NCBI GenBank assembly: GCA_963714015.1
Contig: OY970223.1
Span: 544,001 to 608,000 of the forward strand
Origin: Vulcanimicrobiota bacterium
GTDB taxonomy: Bacteria > Vulcanimicrobiota > Vulcanimicrobiia > Vulcanimicrobiales > Vulcanimicrobiaceae
DNA length: 64,000 bases
Direction of reading: 5' to 3'
Below, piece after piece: positions 9,132-19,310 of this stretch. The notes beneath the pieces are model-generated. The model was not told the DNA's origin. It ran no database searches and was given only the letters and a program-made list of their open reading frames with translations. Position numbers and translations under genes: made by a program. Position 1 is the first letter of the stretch, and each line of letters opens with the position of its first letter.

Positions 9132-10298
9132 TTACGGATCCAAGTTGACGCGGCGGTGGCGGCCCACGTTCATAACCAGCGCTACGGCGACGAGGCATAC
9201 GATTAGCGAACTGCCGCCGAACGAAATGAACGGCAGCGGAACGCCGGTCACCGGCCAGGACGACGTAACCACGCCGATGTTCACGAATGCTTGAATGACG
9301 ATCATCGCCGTGCAGCCCCCGGCGAGAAAGAACCCGAAGCGATCCGGTGCGCTGATTGCGATGCGAATTGCGCGGTACGCGAATGCGATGAACAGCGCTA
9401 TCACCGCAACGGTGCCAAAAAGCCCGAGTTCCTCGCCGAGCACCGAAAAGATGAAGTCGGTATATTGCTCCGGCAAGTAAAAGAATTTGGCTCGTGACTC
9501 ACCTAGGCCGACGCCGAAGAGTCCGCCGCTGCCCAGCGCAAGCAGCGACTGCACGATATGAAATCCCGTGTTCTGCGCATCTTTCCAAGGATCCAAGAAG
9601 GCGAAGATGCGCGCGCGCTTGTAGGGGCTGGCCAGCACGGCGAAAAGAACCGGCGGCACCGTCGAGAGCGCGATCACGAAGAGATGCTCCAAACGTGCGC
9701 CGGCCGCAAAAAGCATCGCAAACGCCGTGAACACGATGAGGCTGGCGGTGCCCATGTCGGGTTCCAGAAAGATGAGAATGGCGAACGTCAGAACCACTAG
9801 GCAAAGCGGAAATAACCCGCGGCTGAGCGACGTGATGCGATCGCCCCGAATCGAAAGCGCGGCCGAAAGATACAGAACTATTCCAAGCTTGGCAAACTCC
9901 GAGGGCTGAACGGAGATTATCCCTGCTCCTATCCAACGGCGCGCGCCGTTCACTGCCACGCCCACGTGCGGTACCAAAACCGCGGTCAACGCCAGCCCGC
10001 ACGCCAGGATGGCGTAGGGTGCGATCGGCCGGAGCTTGCGGTAGTCGATGCGGTAGGCGAAGAACGCGGCCGCAAGCCCCACCGCGAGATAGACGAGCTG
10101 ACGTTTGACGTAGTAAGCAGTGTCGTGATGATCTGCATAAGCCTGCGCGCTGGAGGCGCTGAATATCATCGCAAGGCCGATCGCGACCAGACATGCCACC
10201 GATCCGAAGAGCACGACGTCCGGCGGCGCTGCGTGATATGAGCGGGGCTTTGAGCCGCTTTGGGACCGGCTTCCTCTGAGCGGCAGCGTGACGCTCAT
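9132..10298 (-). CDS. ftsW: SEDS peptidoglycan polymerase FtsW
   Basis: NGARRWI, QPSEFAK, EPDMGT, LPEQYTDFIF, GVPLPFISFGGSS. Located in the dcw cluster. Confidence 0.95.
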   Translation of the reverse strand: MSVTLPLRGSRSQSGSKPRSYHAAPPDVVLFGSVACLVAIGLAMIFSASSAQAYADHHDTAYYVKRQLVYLAVGLAAAFFAYRIDYRKLRPIAPYAILACGLALTAVLVPHVGVAVNGARRWIGAGIISVQPSEFAKLGIVLYLSAALSIRGDRITSLSRGLFPLCLVVLTFAILIFLEPDMGTASLIVFTAFAMLFAAGARLEHLFVIALSTVPPVLFAVLASPYKRARIFAFLDPWKDAQNTGFHIVQSLLALGSGGLFGVGLGESRAKFFYLPEQYTDFIFSVLGEELGLFGTVAVIALFIAFAYRAIRIAISAPDRFGFFLAGGCTAMIVIQAFVNIGVVTSSWPVTGVPLPFISFGGSSLIVCLVAVALVMNVGRHRRVNLDP

Positions 10299-11689
10299 AG
10301 TTCCGCAGGCTCCGGAAGCTCGTGCACGGCCGCACTAAATTGCCGGCCGCGGTCCTCGGCGGATTCGAACATGTCGAATGATGCGCACGCCGGCGAGAGC
10401 AGCACCATCCACCCCGGCTTTGCAAGCGAGAGCGCTCGGCGCACCGCGTCGGCCATGCTCTCCGCGTGCTCGATCGGCGTGCGGTAAACGTGCGAGGCGA
10501 TATCTTCCGCCGCCTCGCCGATGAGCACTAATGCCTCCACTCGTTCGTCGATGACCCGTCCGAGCTCGGTGAAGTCGGTATTTTTAGACTTGCCGCCGGC
10601 AATCAGCACACAGGGGCGATCGTAAGCGCGCAGTGCCGCGATCGCGGATCCCGGATTCGTCGCTTTTGAGTCGTCGACGAACAGCACCCCGCCGATCTCC
10701 ATGACTGATTGGAGCCGGTGCGCCATTGCGGAGAACGACTTCACGCCTTCGCGCAGCGCATGCGGTTCCACTCCCACGGCCAGCGCCGCAAGCAGTGCCG
10801 CCATAACGTTCTGCACGTTATGGCTTCCGGCCAGCGGAATCTCGCCGGTTCGAACGATCTCGATCGCCCGCGGGTCTCCGCTGAACGGCGTGAAGATCAC
10901 CGAGTCGCCACTCAGGTACATGGCTGCGCGCTCGTGGCGGGCGCCCAGCGTGAACCATAGTTGGCGCGCGTGCATGCGAGGCTCTCCCGAATGCCAGTCG
11001 AGCTGCGCAACGCGCTCGTCGTCGAGGTTGCCGACGAAAAAGTCTTGCTCGCTTTGGTTGGCAAAGATGCGGTATTTCGCTTCGGCATACTCGTCCATCG
11101 AGTAATAGCGGTCCAGGTGATCCGCAGAAATGTTCAGGATGACCGAGACGCGCGGCCGGAACGAGCGGATCGCTTCGAGTTGAAACGAGGAGACCTCGGC
11201 AACGACCCAGTCGCAGGGATGCGCTGCCGGCACTTCGCGTATCAGCGGATTTCCGATGTTCCCGCCGACGTGCACGGATCGCCCCGCCGCTTGCAGCAGA
11301 TGACCGATCAGCGAGGTCGTGGTCGATTTTCCCTTTGTTCCGGTCACTGCGACGATCGGCGCGCTGCAAAGCCGGTACGCCACTTCGATCTCGCTGAAAA
11401 CCGGAACGCCCGCATCCTGTACCGCGCGCACGAGCGCGCCGTTCAGCGGTACGCCCGGTGAAAGCACCGCCACGGTAAATCGGCCCAGCAGTGGAGCAAG
11501 TTCGGCCGGCGCTATGAACCGGGCACCGGTGCTCTCTATTGCCGATATGGCATCGCGCAGCTCCGCGGGCGCTTTCTCGTCTACCGCATACACCGCCGCG
11601 CCGCGGGCCCGCAGCACTTCCGCCGTAGCTTGGCCGCTGCGTCCGATGCCGATGACCAATATCGTGTCGCCGCCGCCGAAATTCTTCAT
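10295..11689 (-). CDS. murD: UDP-N-acetylmuramoyl-L-alanine--D-glutamate ligase
   Basis: GIGRSG, SPGVP, TGTKGKSTT, EVSSFQL, DDSKATN, LSPACASFD. Confidence 0.95.
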   Translation of the reverse strand: MKNFGGGDTILVIGIGRSGQATAEVLRARGAAVYAVDEKAPAELRDAISAIESTGARFIAPAELAPLLGRFTVAVLSPGVPLNGALVRAVQDAGVPVFSEIEVAYRLCSAPIVAVTGTKGKSTTTSLIGHLLQAAGRSVHVGGNIGNPLIREVPAAHPCDWVVAEVSSFQLEAIRSFRPRVSVILNISADHLDRYYSMDEYAEAKYRIFANQSEQDFFVGNLDDERVAQLDWHSGEPRMHARQLWFTLGARHERAAMYLSGDSVIFTPFSGDPRAIEIVRTGEIPLAGSHNVQNVMAALLAALAVGVEPHALREGVKSFSAMAHRLQSVMEIGGVLFVDDSKATNPGSAIAALRAYDRPCVLIAGGKSKNTDFTELGRVIDERVEALVLIGEAAEDIASHVYRTPIEHAESMADAVRRALSLAKPGWMVLLSPACASFDMFESAEDRGRQFSAAVHELPEPAEL

Positions 11690-12651
11690 ATTGCGATCGC
11701 CATTCCGATGGCGGATAGAACGATCGAAGCGAGCCAAAATCGGCCCGTGACTTTGGTTTCGGGCCAGCCTTCCAACTCGAAATGGTGGTGGAGCGGACTC
11801 ATGCGCAAGATGCGCTTTCCGCCGGTGCGCTTGAAATAAACAACCTGGACGATCACCGAGAGCGCTTCGATGACGAAGACGCCGCCGACTACGATCAGCA
11901 AGAGCATCTCACCGGTGAGTATAGCCAGTGAAGCGAGCAAAGCTCCCAGCGCCAGCGAACCGGTGTCGCCCATGAACATTTTAGCCGGATAGCGATTGTA
12001 GAGCAGCAGGAATGCCGCCGTTGCTCCAATCTCCAGCAGCGCCACTTGCGGCACGGCCGGAACGTAGAACCAGAATCCCAGCGCAGCAAAAACCGCCAGC
12101 GGCGGTATGACGGTGCCGGTGGCAAGTCCATCGAGGCCGTCAGTGAGATTCACGGCGTGAATCGTACCGGTGATCGCCAAGATTCCGAGCAACAGCCAAG
12201 CCCAGTGGGGAACCGCGAGCACGAAACTGCCGGCATGCAGAACGACGTCGCGCGGAAAAGTTCCGTAAGAAGACGAGATTGCGGTCAAAAAAATCACTGC
12301 CACGAGCGCCGTGAGTAAGTATTTGCTGCGCGCGCGCAATCCCCGGTTTTTACCGCGCAAAATTCCCAGTGCGTCGTCGGCCGCGCCGATTGCGGCGCAG
12401 GCAGCGACGAGAAAGAAGATCGTGCCGTCGAACGGTGCGTCGAGCGAGGCGAGCAACACGAAAAGCGGCGTCACGAAACAGAGCCCGCCCATCGTCGGAG
12501 TTCCCGTTTTACGCTGGTGCGTTTGCGGCGCGTCCTCGTAAGCATGTTGGCGCAGCCGGCGCCGCCGCAGCAGGGGCAGCAGAAGCGCGCCCGTCAAGGC
12601 GGCAATTGCGAATCCGGCGGCAACCCAGAGGCCGGCGAGCGTCCAAGTCAC
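11686..12651 (-). CDS. mraY: Phospho-N-acetylmuramoyl-pentapeptide transferase
   Basis: GTPTMGG, NLTDGLDGLA, FMGDTGS, PLHHHFE. GTG start overlaps the upstream stop. Confidence 0.95.
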   Translation of the reverse strand: MTWTLAGLWVAAGFAIAALTGALLLPLLRRRRLRQHAYEDAPQTHQRKTGTPTMGGLCFVTPLFVLLASLDAPFDGTIFFLVAACAAIGAADDALGILRGKNRGLRARSKYLLTALVAVIFLTAISSSYGTFPRDVVLHAGSFVLAVPHWAWLLLGILAITGTIHAVNLTDGLDGLATGTVIPPLAVFAALGFWFYVPAVPQVALLEIGATAAFLLLYNRYPAKMFMGDTGSLALGALLASLAILTGEMLLLIVVGGVFVIEALSVIVQVVYFKRTGGKRILRMSPLHHHFELEGWPETKVTGRFWLASIVLSAIGMAIAI

Positions 12652-13352
12652 TCCGCGGCCTCTTCGAGCAGCGGATTTAAGCCGGTGCCGCGCCATTTCA
12701 GGACGACAATCGGCGTCTGCTCGTCGCCGTTGCCGTGCGGATTCGAAAGAAGCGCAAGCTCGACGTTACGACGGTTCACCCCCGCGCTGGCGCCCAGAAC
12801 CTTCGCTTTCTCTAAATCATTGGCATCGACGACCGCGCAGCCGATGCCGGTGCGATCCAAGACCGACTGCGCCAAGGCGTCCGGATTCTGCGGCGCAAAA
12901 ACGATCATGCGTTCGAACGGCGGCAGCGTTCCGGTATATCCGTCGATCGCCGCAATCGCCTCGCCCAAAATTTCGTAGAACATTCCTCGCCGCCCCGCGA
13001 ACCGTCCAAGCACTTGCATCAGCGCGGCATAGAGTACTCTGCCGGGGCCGGCCTGATCGATAACGATCTGCAGCGACTCGGGCTGACTCACCGTCGCAAG
13101 CGGGCCCGCACGGCGCGAAAGATAGTAGGCGATGCGCGAAGGACGCACGTATTCTGCGCGAACGGCTTGGCCTTGGGCGATCGCCACCGCCGTTTCGGAA
13201 ATGGCGAGCACGTCGCCGGGGCGCGCGATACCGCTTGCGCTGCGCTCGACGAGCGTAATGAGGTCGTCGCCGGCTTGCACCAGCGGCGTGCGCACCGGAA
13301 TGGCAACCACTCCGCTCGGAAGCTCCGTCCGCGAGATTTGCAGGCGTTTCAT
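12648..13352 (-). CDS. CofE-like (F420-0:gamma-glutamyl ligase family) amide ligase
   Basis: IPVRTPLV..GDDL, GDVLAISE.AVAIAQG, IDG..GT, VVDAND, NP.GN.DEQTPIV. Confidence 0.78.
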   Translation of the reverse strand: MKRLQISRTELPSGVVAIPVRTPLVQAGDDLITLVERSASGIARPGDVLAISETAVAIAQGQAVRAEYVRPSRIAYYLSRRAGPLATVSQPESLQIVIDQAGPGRVLYAALMQVLGRFAGRRGMFYEILGEAIAAIDGYTGTLPPFERMIVFAPQNPDALAQSVLDRTGIGCAVVDANDLEKAKVLGASAGVNRRNVELALLSNPHGNGDEQTPIVVLKWRGTGLNPLLEEAAE

Positions 13353-14734
13353 GCCGGCTCCGCCGCCCCAGGCACGCGCAAAGCGGCGACGATTTCTTCC
13401 ATCTTATATTTTCGGGAGCCCTTGAACAGGACGGCATCGCGCGGGCCCGTATGCTCGCGCAGCCAGCTCGCGGCTTCCTCGTTCGTCTCGAACCGCACGA
13501 TGCGATCCGCCGGCATCCCGGCGGCGACCGCGCCCGCGGCAATTGACGAGGCGTATTCACCCCCGACGAGGAGTGCGTCTACGCCGACTGCCGCTGCATG
13601 CGCACCCACGCGTTCGTGCAAAGCGGTCGAAAGCGGCCCCAGTTCCGCCATACTTGCGAGCACCGCGATGCGATGCTCGGCCGCTTCGGCAGAAAACGCA
13701 TTCAGCGCGGCGATCATTCCGCTCGCGTTGGCGTTGTACGCGTCGTATATCAAACGCGCTCCGTTTTCACCCGGAACGCTCTCATACCGCCCCGGCGGAA
13801 GCGTAAGGTGCGGAATCGCTTCGATCGCCGTGGATTTCGGCATGTCGAGGGCCAGTGCCGCAGCAACGGCCGCAGCCAAGTTTGCACGATTGTGGGCGCC
13901 GGGCAAGCGGACACGCGTCTCAAACTGCTGTTCGCGCCCCTGCAGTGTAACGATCAACGTCTGTTCGTTCGGGATCCACACGCCCGGACCGCAGGGTTTG
14001 CCGGTACCGAACCAGATCGGCGAGGTTCGCAGCAGCGGGGCGCGCAGCGCCGATTCCGTATCGCCTGCATTCAGCACTGCCTGCGCGCCGTTCGAGAACA
14101 GTCCCCATTTCGTACGCGCAAGGCGCTCGGCGGACCCGAAAATCTCCAGATGCGCCTCGCCGATATTCGTCAGCACGCCTACATGCGGGTGCGCAAGGGA
14201 GACCAGCTCCGCAATCTCGCCTTCGTGCCGCGCGCCCATCTCGATCACGGCTGCAGTATGACGAGATCGCAACTGCAGCAGCAGTTTGCTCACGCCGATC
14301 TCATTGTTTTCGTTCGCCGGCGTCGCCAGTACGCGGTCCTCACCGTAATACGCGATGAGCAGCTGCGCCAAGAGATGCTTGGTCGTGGTTTTGCCGGCGC
14401 TTCCCGTGATGGCGATGACGCGTCCGGCGTACGTGCTGCGCGCATCCGCCGCCAGCTGCATGTACGCGAGCTTTGTGTCGCCGACGATGAGCGCGCATAT
14501 ATCGGGCGGCAACATTGCCGGACCCTCGACGACGAACGCAGCGGCGCCCTTTCTGTGCGCTTCCTCGATGAACGCGTGACCGTCGTAACGCTCGCCTCGA
14601 AGCGCGAGAAACGTATCACCGGGGCAGATCGTCCGCGTGTCGGTAACGATGCGCAGTTCATTTGGAAACGCACCGCCGTTCACCACTTGCGCCGACGTGG
14701 CGGCAGCAGCTCGTTGCAGCGTTAAGCCATTCAC
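13349..14734 (-). CDS. murF: UDP-N-acetylmuramoyl-tripeptide--D-Ala-D-Ala ligase
   Basis: ITGSAGKTTTK, NNEIG, EMGARH.GEI, DAYNAN, KGSR. Confidence 0.95.
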   Translation of the reverse strand: MNGLTLQRAAAATSAQVVNGGAFPNELRIVTDTRTICPGDTFLALRGERYDGHAFIEEAHRKGAAAFVVEGPAMLPPDICALIVGDTKLAYMQLAADARSTYAGRVIAITGSAGKTTTKHLLAQLLIAYYGEDRVLATPANENNEIGVSKLLLQLRSRHTAAVIEMGARHEGEIAELVSLAHPHVGVLTNIGEAHLEIFGSAERLARTKWGLFSNGAQAVLNAGDTESALRAPLLRTSPIWFGTGKPCGPGVWIPNEQTLIVTLQGREQQFETRVRLPGAHNRANLAAAVAAALALDMPKSTAIEAIPHLTLPPGRYESVPGENGARLIYDAYNANASGMIAALNAFSAEAAEHRIAVLASMAELGPLSTALHERVGAHAAAVGVDALLVGGEYASSIAAGAVAAGMPADRIVRFETNEEAASWLREHTGPRDAVLFKGSRKYKMEEIVAALRVPGAAEPA

Positions 14735-16197
14735 AATTTCACCGTTCCGCGGCGCTGCAACGCTCCCCGAACGACTGCGACGTCGTCGAAAGGCAGAACA
14801 TGGGATCCGACGATTTGATAGCGCTCGTGGCCCTTTCCGGCAACCAAAATTGCATCCCCGGGCCTTGCTTCATTCACCGCCAACTCGATGGCGGCGCGGC
14901 GATCCGGTTCGACCGCATGCGGCGCTGTACCGATTGCCGGGAGAATATCGTCGATGATCGCGCCCGGATCTTCGGTGCGCGGATTGTCCGAGGTAACGAT
15001 CGCGAAATCGGCATAGCGCGCGGCCGCGGCTCCCATGAGGGCGCGTTTACCGCGATCGCGATCCCCGCCGCAGCCGAAAACGATGATGATCCGGCCGCGG
15101 GTTACTTCCCTAAGAGAGCGCAGCGCATTTTCAAGCGCGTCCGGCGTGTGTGCATAGTCGATGACGGCATCGACGCCGTCGCCGGGCACGTGCTCCATCC
15201 GTCCGCTGACGCGGGCGAGCGTTTCCAGTCCGGCGGCGGAATCGGCATCACCGATCCCTAGAGCGCGCGCCGACGCAATGGCACAAAGCGCATTGTACAC
15301 GTTGAAACGACCGGGAATGCGCACGCTGAACCGGCGCGCGTCTAAGGTGAACGCGCTTCCGTCGGCGCGCACCTCCAATTCCGAGGGGCGAACATCGGCG
15401 GCATTCTTGACAGCGTACGTCAGAACCGGTTTGCGGCTGCGCAATTCCCGCGACCAGCGATCTCCCAGTTCGTCGTCGACGTTGAAGATCGCATGCGGGG
15501 CTTGCTCGAACAACTGGTGCTTAGCCGCCGCATAGGCTTCGAACGTTTTGTGGAAGTCGAGATGGTCGCGCGTGACGTTCGTAAGCGCGCCGGCGTCGAA
15601 GTGAATGTCGGCGACGCGCTGCAGCGCAAGCGCATGCGAGCTGACCTCCATCGCGACGGCCTTCGCGCCTTGGCGGCGCATTTCCGCGAGCAGCGAATGG
15701 AGCTGCGGCGCAAGCGGCGTGGTGTTCTCCAGCGGCCGCTCGCTGCCGCCGAAGCGCGCGCCGATCGTTCCGATGGTTCCCGCAGGTATTCCGGCAGCAG
15801 TGAAAATAGCGGCGAGCATTTGCGTGGTCGTGGTTTTCCCGTTCGTGCCGGTAATGCCGGCAACGATCAGCGCACGCGAAGGGCTGCCGTAAAACACGTC
15901 GGCGATCTGAGAGACCGCCCGGGCCGAATCCGGAACGACGATCGCCGTTACGCCGGGCGGCACCTCACAATGCTCTTCCATGACGACCGCAACCGCACCG
16001 CGCTCCGCTGCCTGCGCGATGAAGCGGTGACCGTCGGTCTGTTCGCCGCGCAGCGCGACGAATAGCGCTCCCGGCCGGACTTCTCGGGAATCCGATGCTA
16101 GCGCCGTCACCTGTTTTGCGGTTTCGCCGACGACTCGTGTGTTCTGCGCAAGCGTGCGCAGCAGCGTTTCCAGCGCTACGCCTTGCTCCGGCTCCAT
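14731..16197 (-). CDS. murE: UDP-MurNAc-L-Ala-D-Glu--meso-diaminopimelate ligase
   Basis: TGTNGKTT, MEVSSH, DHLDFH, DYAHTPD, GCGGDRD, AGKGHE. DNPR motif indicates mDAP specificity. Confidence 0.95.
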   Translation of the reverse strand: MEPEQGVALETLLRTLAQNTRVVGETAKQVTALASDSREVRPGALFVALRGEQTDGHRFIAQAAERGAVAVVMEEHCEVPPGVTAIVVPDSARAVSQIADVFYGSPSRALIVAGITGTNGKTTTTQMLAAIFTAAGIPAGTIGTIGARFGGSERPLENTTPLAPQLHSLLAEMRRQGAKAVAMEVSSHALALQRVADIHFDAGALTNVTRDHLDFHKTFEAYAAAKHQLFEQAPHAIFNVDDELGDRWSRELRSRKPVLTYAVKNAADVRPSELEVRADGSAFTLDARRFSVRIPGRFNVYNALCAIASARALGIGDADSAAGLETLARVSGRMEHVPGDGVDAVIDYAHTPDALENALRSLREVTRGRIIIVFGCGGDRDRGKRALMGAAAARYADFAIVTSDNPRTEDPGAIIDDILPAIGTAPHAVEPDRRAAIELAVNEARPGDAILVAGKGHERYQIVGSHVLPFDDVAVVRGALQRRGTVKL

Positions 16198-16199
16198 GG

Positions 16200-17966
16200 C
16201 TATCGGCTATTCTCCGCGAGCTTCGGCCGGACCAAGCGCGCCGGCGGATTTATTGCGGGGAGCACGCCCGCATGGAGCATCGCGGCCTTTGCGATTTCGA
16301 CGAAAGCCGGAGCCGCAACCTCGGAGCCGTAGATGGACCCGACCGGCCTTTCCACTTTGACGTAGATAACGTAGCGCGGACGTTGGTAGGGGATCATGCC
16401 GATGAAGGACGCTACGTACGCGCCCGGCTCGTAGATGCCGTTTACGGGAATCTGCGCGGTGCCGGTCTTTCCCGCAGTCGTATATCCGGCGATTTGCGCG
16501 GCGGGATTGCCCGTTCCGCGTACGACGACCGCTCGCAGAAAGGCTCTCAGCCGCGCCGCGGTGCGGGACGAGAAGACGCGGCGTTCGATTTCCGGTGGAT
16601 ATTGATAGATCTGATTGCCTTGCGGGTCGAGAACTGCGCGTAATACGCGCGGACGCATGAGCAGACCGCCGTTGGCAATCGCGCTGTAGAAGCGCGCCAT
16701 GGCGATCGGCGTCACTGAGACGCCTTGTCCGAATGCCATGGTCGCCAGCGAACTCCCGCTCCAGTCAGCCGGCGCCGGCACGATTCCGGGATTTTCTCCG
16801 GAGATGCCAATCTGCGTCGGATCGCCGAATCCCGCGCGGCGCTCCATCGCGTAGAACGTCGAGCCGCCGATCTTCATCGCCACTTGGGCCGCGCCGATGT
16901 TCAGCGAATCGGCAATGATCGTCTCGAGCGTATCGCCGCCGGGGCTTGGCGCCAGTCCGTCGACGGCGTTATAGATTTGACGCCCTCCGACGACAAGGGG
17001 GCCGGTCGAGAGAAATTTCTCGCCCAGCGAAACCTTGCCGCTTTCGATTGCGGCCGCGGCCGTTACGAGTTTGAAGGTCGAACCGGGTTCGTACGCGTCT
17101 TGAACGGCCCGGTCGCGCAAATCGCCGGCGGAGAACTTCCAATACTGATTCGGATCGAAGTGCGGCAGATTCGCCAGCGCGAGCACTTCGCCGGTGTTCG
17201 GATCCATTACGATTGCGGTGCCGCTTTCCGCGTGATATTCCTTGACCTGCTTGGCAAGCGACGATTCTGCGACGAATTGCAGATACGGATCGATCGTCAG
17301 TTCGAGTGAGAGGCCGGGTTTTGCGGGTTTGATCACGCGCTCGCGCCCGAAGGGAATCGGACGGCCGAATTCGTCGGTTTCCATCGTAACGCGGCCGGAC
17401 GTGCCTTTGAGCAGATCGTCGTACGTGTATTCCAGGCCGTCCAGCCCATTCTCGTCGATCCCGACAAAGCCCAGGAGCGTCGACGCACTTTTGCCGGCCA
17501 AATCGACTCGCCGTCCCGTGTCCTCTTCAATCAGCGAAATGCCGGGCAGATCCAGACTTTGCACTTTGACTGCGAGGTCGTGCGGAATCTTTCGCGCAAT
17601 CCAAACAAACTGCAGCGCCCGATCGTGCAGCAACTCGATCGTCGCTTTGTCGAGTTTGCCGACCAGCGGCTCGAGCTCGCGCACGGCGGCGTCGGGATCC
17701 GCCAGATCGTGCGGCACGCCGTACACACTTTCGGACGGAAGGGATTGCACCAGCACGTTACCGTCGCGATCGAGGATGCTCCCGCGGCGGGCAAAGACTT
17801 CGACCGTATCGCTGCGCTGTTCCAAAGCCTCTTTGGCGTAAAGCGGGCCTTTGAGCATCTGCACGTCGACCAGGCGCCACGACAAGTAGATGCCTACGGC
17901 CATCAGCACGTAAAAGAGCGTTTTCGCGCGCCGGGGTGCGACGCGCGAAAAGGTCCGCTTATGCAT
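16200..17966 (-). CDS. ftsI: Class B penicillin-binding protein (FtsI/SpoVD-like), no PASTA domain
   Basis: N-terminal TM, RGSILDR, EPGSTFK (SxxK), SLN (SxN), GKTGTA (KTG). Confidence 0.92.
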   Translation of the reverse strand: MHKRTFSRVAPRRAKTLFYVLMAVGIYLSWRLVDVQMLKGPLYAKEALEQRSDTVEVFARRGSILDRDGNVLVQSLPSESVYGVPHDLADPDAAVRELEPLVGKLDKATIELLHDRALQFVWIARKIPHDLAVKVQSLDLPGISLIEEDTGRRVDLAGKSASTLLGFVGIDENGLDGLEYTYDDLLKGTSGRVTMETDEFGRPIPFGRERVIKPAKPGLSLELTIDPYLQFVAESSLAKQVKEYHAESGTAIVMDPNTGEVLALANLPHFDPNQYWKFSAGDLRDRAVQDAYEPGSTFKLVTAAAAIESGKVSLGEKFLSTGPLVVGGRQIYNAVDGLAPSPGGDTLETIIADSLNIGAAQVAMKIGGSTFYAMERRAGFGDPTQIGISGENPGIVPAPADWSGSSLATMAFGQGVSVTPIAMARFYSAIANGGLLMRPRVLRAVLDPQGNQIYQYPPEIERRVFSSRTAARLRAFLRAVVVRGTGNPAAQIAGYTTAGKTGTAQIPVNGIYEPGAYVASFIGMIPYQRPRYVIYVKVERPVGSIYGSEVAAPAFVEIAKAAMLHAGVLPAINPPARLVRPKLAENSR

Positions 17967-17972
17967 GGCGGA

Positions 17973-18413
17973 CTATTTCGCGCGCAGCAGGCTGGTCAAA
18001 CTGGAGAGGAAGGCCAAGTGCGATCCGTCTTCGCGTTTGACGCGCGCCGGAAGTGTGACGACGGCGAATTGCTGCGGATCGCTCATATGCAGCGACGAGG
18101 CCAGACGGGCGAGCCGATCGTCGGATTCGAGTTGGGCAAGCCGATCGTCCAAACGCGCGGCTTCGGCCTGTAAATCCGCTCGCTGACGTTCGGCGCGCGC
18201 CATGGCGTAATTGAGACTGGTAAGATGCGCGGTGAGCATGACGTATAGCATCGCGCAAGCAAGCCCGGCGAACAGCATTGCGCAAAACGAGCGCAGCGCC
18301 GAATAGCGGGCAAGGGCTTTGCGCCGCACTCGACGCTGGGTGGCCTGTTTGGCGGTGCGAACGTTGGAGATGCGCGGTTTGGGCTGAAGCGTTTGTGCAA
18401 GTTGTGCCGGCAT
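17973..18413 (-). CDS. ftsL: FtsL-like cell division protein
   Basis: Single TM followed by a coiled coil, between rsmH and ftsI. Confidence 0.75.
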   Translation of the reverse strand: MPAQLAQTLQPKPRISNVRTAKQATQRRVRRKALARYSALRSFCAMLFAGLACAMLYVMLTAHLTSLNYAMARAERQRADLQAEAARLDDRLAQLESDDRLARLASSLHMSDPQQFAVVTLPARVKREDGSHLAFLSSLTSLLRAK

Positions 18414-18416
18414 CGA

Positions 18417-19292
18417 TCAGCTTGCCTTCCGTTTGGCGGCGCGCAGCTTGGCGCTGCGTGCGCGGGGATTTTGCTGGAGTTCGTCCTGGCCCGGAACGAC
18501 GGGCTTACGCGTGAGCACTTCAAGCCGTTCATCCTCACGGAAAGCGTGCTTGACGATCCGGTCTTCCAGTGAATGAAAGCTGATGGCGACAACGCGGCCC
18601 GCGTCACGCAGCCGATCGACTGCGGCGTCGAGGCCTTCACGCAGGACATCGAGCTCGTCGTTCACCGCAATGCGCAGCGCTTGGAATACTCGGGTTGCGG
18701 GATGGATCCGTTCGCGCCGCCCCGGCCGGTAGAGCAGTCCGCTGATCATCTGTCCGAACTCCACGGTCGTGTCGGGCAGCGTTCCGGTTTTGCGGCGCTG
18801 CACGATAACGCGCGCGATGCGCCGGGCCGCGCGTTCCTGTCCATAGTTAAAGAAGATGTCCGCCAGCTCGGATTCGCTGGCCGTCATGAGAATGTCGAAT
18901 GCGCTCCGGCCGACACGTGAATCCATCCGCATGTCGAGCGGCGCCGATTCTCGAAACGAGAATCCGCGAGAGCCCTCATCAAACTGCATTGACGAAATCC
19001 CAAGGTCGAAGAGGATGCCGTCGACCCGCTCGATTCCGAGCCGATCCAAGGCTGAGGAAATGTGGCGGAAGTTCGATTGCGCGAAGGTGAAATGCCGGTC
19101 GGCGATCTGCGCGGCGCGACCCGCTGCCGACGGATCTGCATCGAGCGCAATGAGCCGGCCGCTCGTCAAGCGCGCCAGGATGCCCCGGCTGTGTCCGCCC
19201 GCGCCGAACGTCGCATCGACATAGATCCCATCCGGGCGGATCGCCAAATACTCCAGCGAGGCCTCGAACAGGACCGGAACGTGTTGATCCAT
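18417..19292 (-). CDS. rsmH: 16S rRNA C1402 N4-methyltransferase
   Basis: HVPVL, DATFGAGGHS, DLGISS.Q, PLDMRM, TRVFQALRI, SFHSLEDR, NPRARSAKLR. Confidence 0.96.
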   Translation of the reverse strand: MDQHVPVLFEASLEYLAIRPDGIYVDATFGAGGHSRGILARLTSGRLIALDADPSAAGRAAQIADRHFTFAQSNFRHISSALDRLGIERVDGILFDLGISSMQFDEGSRGFSFRESAPLDMRMDSRVGRSAFDILMTASESELADIFFNYGQERAARRIARVIVQRRKTGTLPDTTVEFGQMISGLLYRPGRRERIHPATRVFQALRIAVNDELDVLREGLDAAVDRLRDAGRVVAISFHSLEDRIVKHAFREDERLEVLTRKPVVPGQDELQQNPRARSAKLRAAKRKAS

Positions 19293-19310
19293 CCGTCCAC
19301 CACTCCGGCA

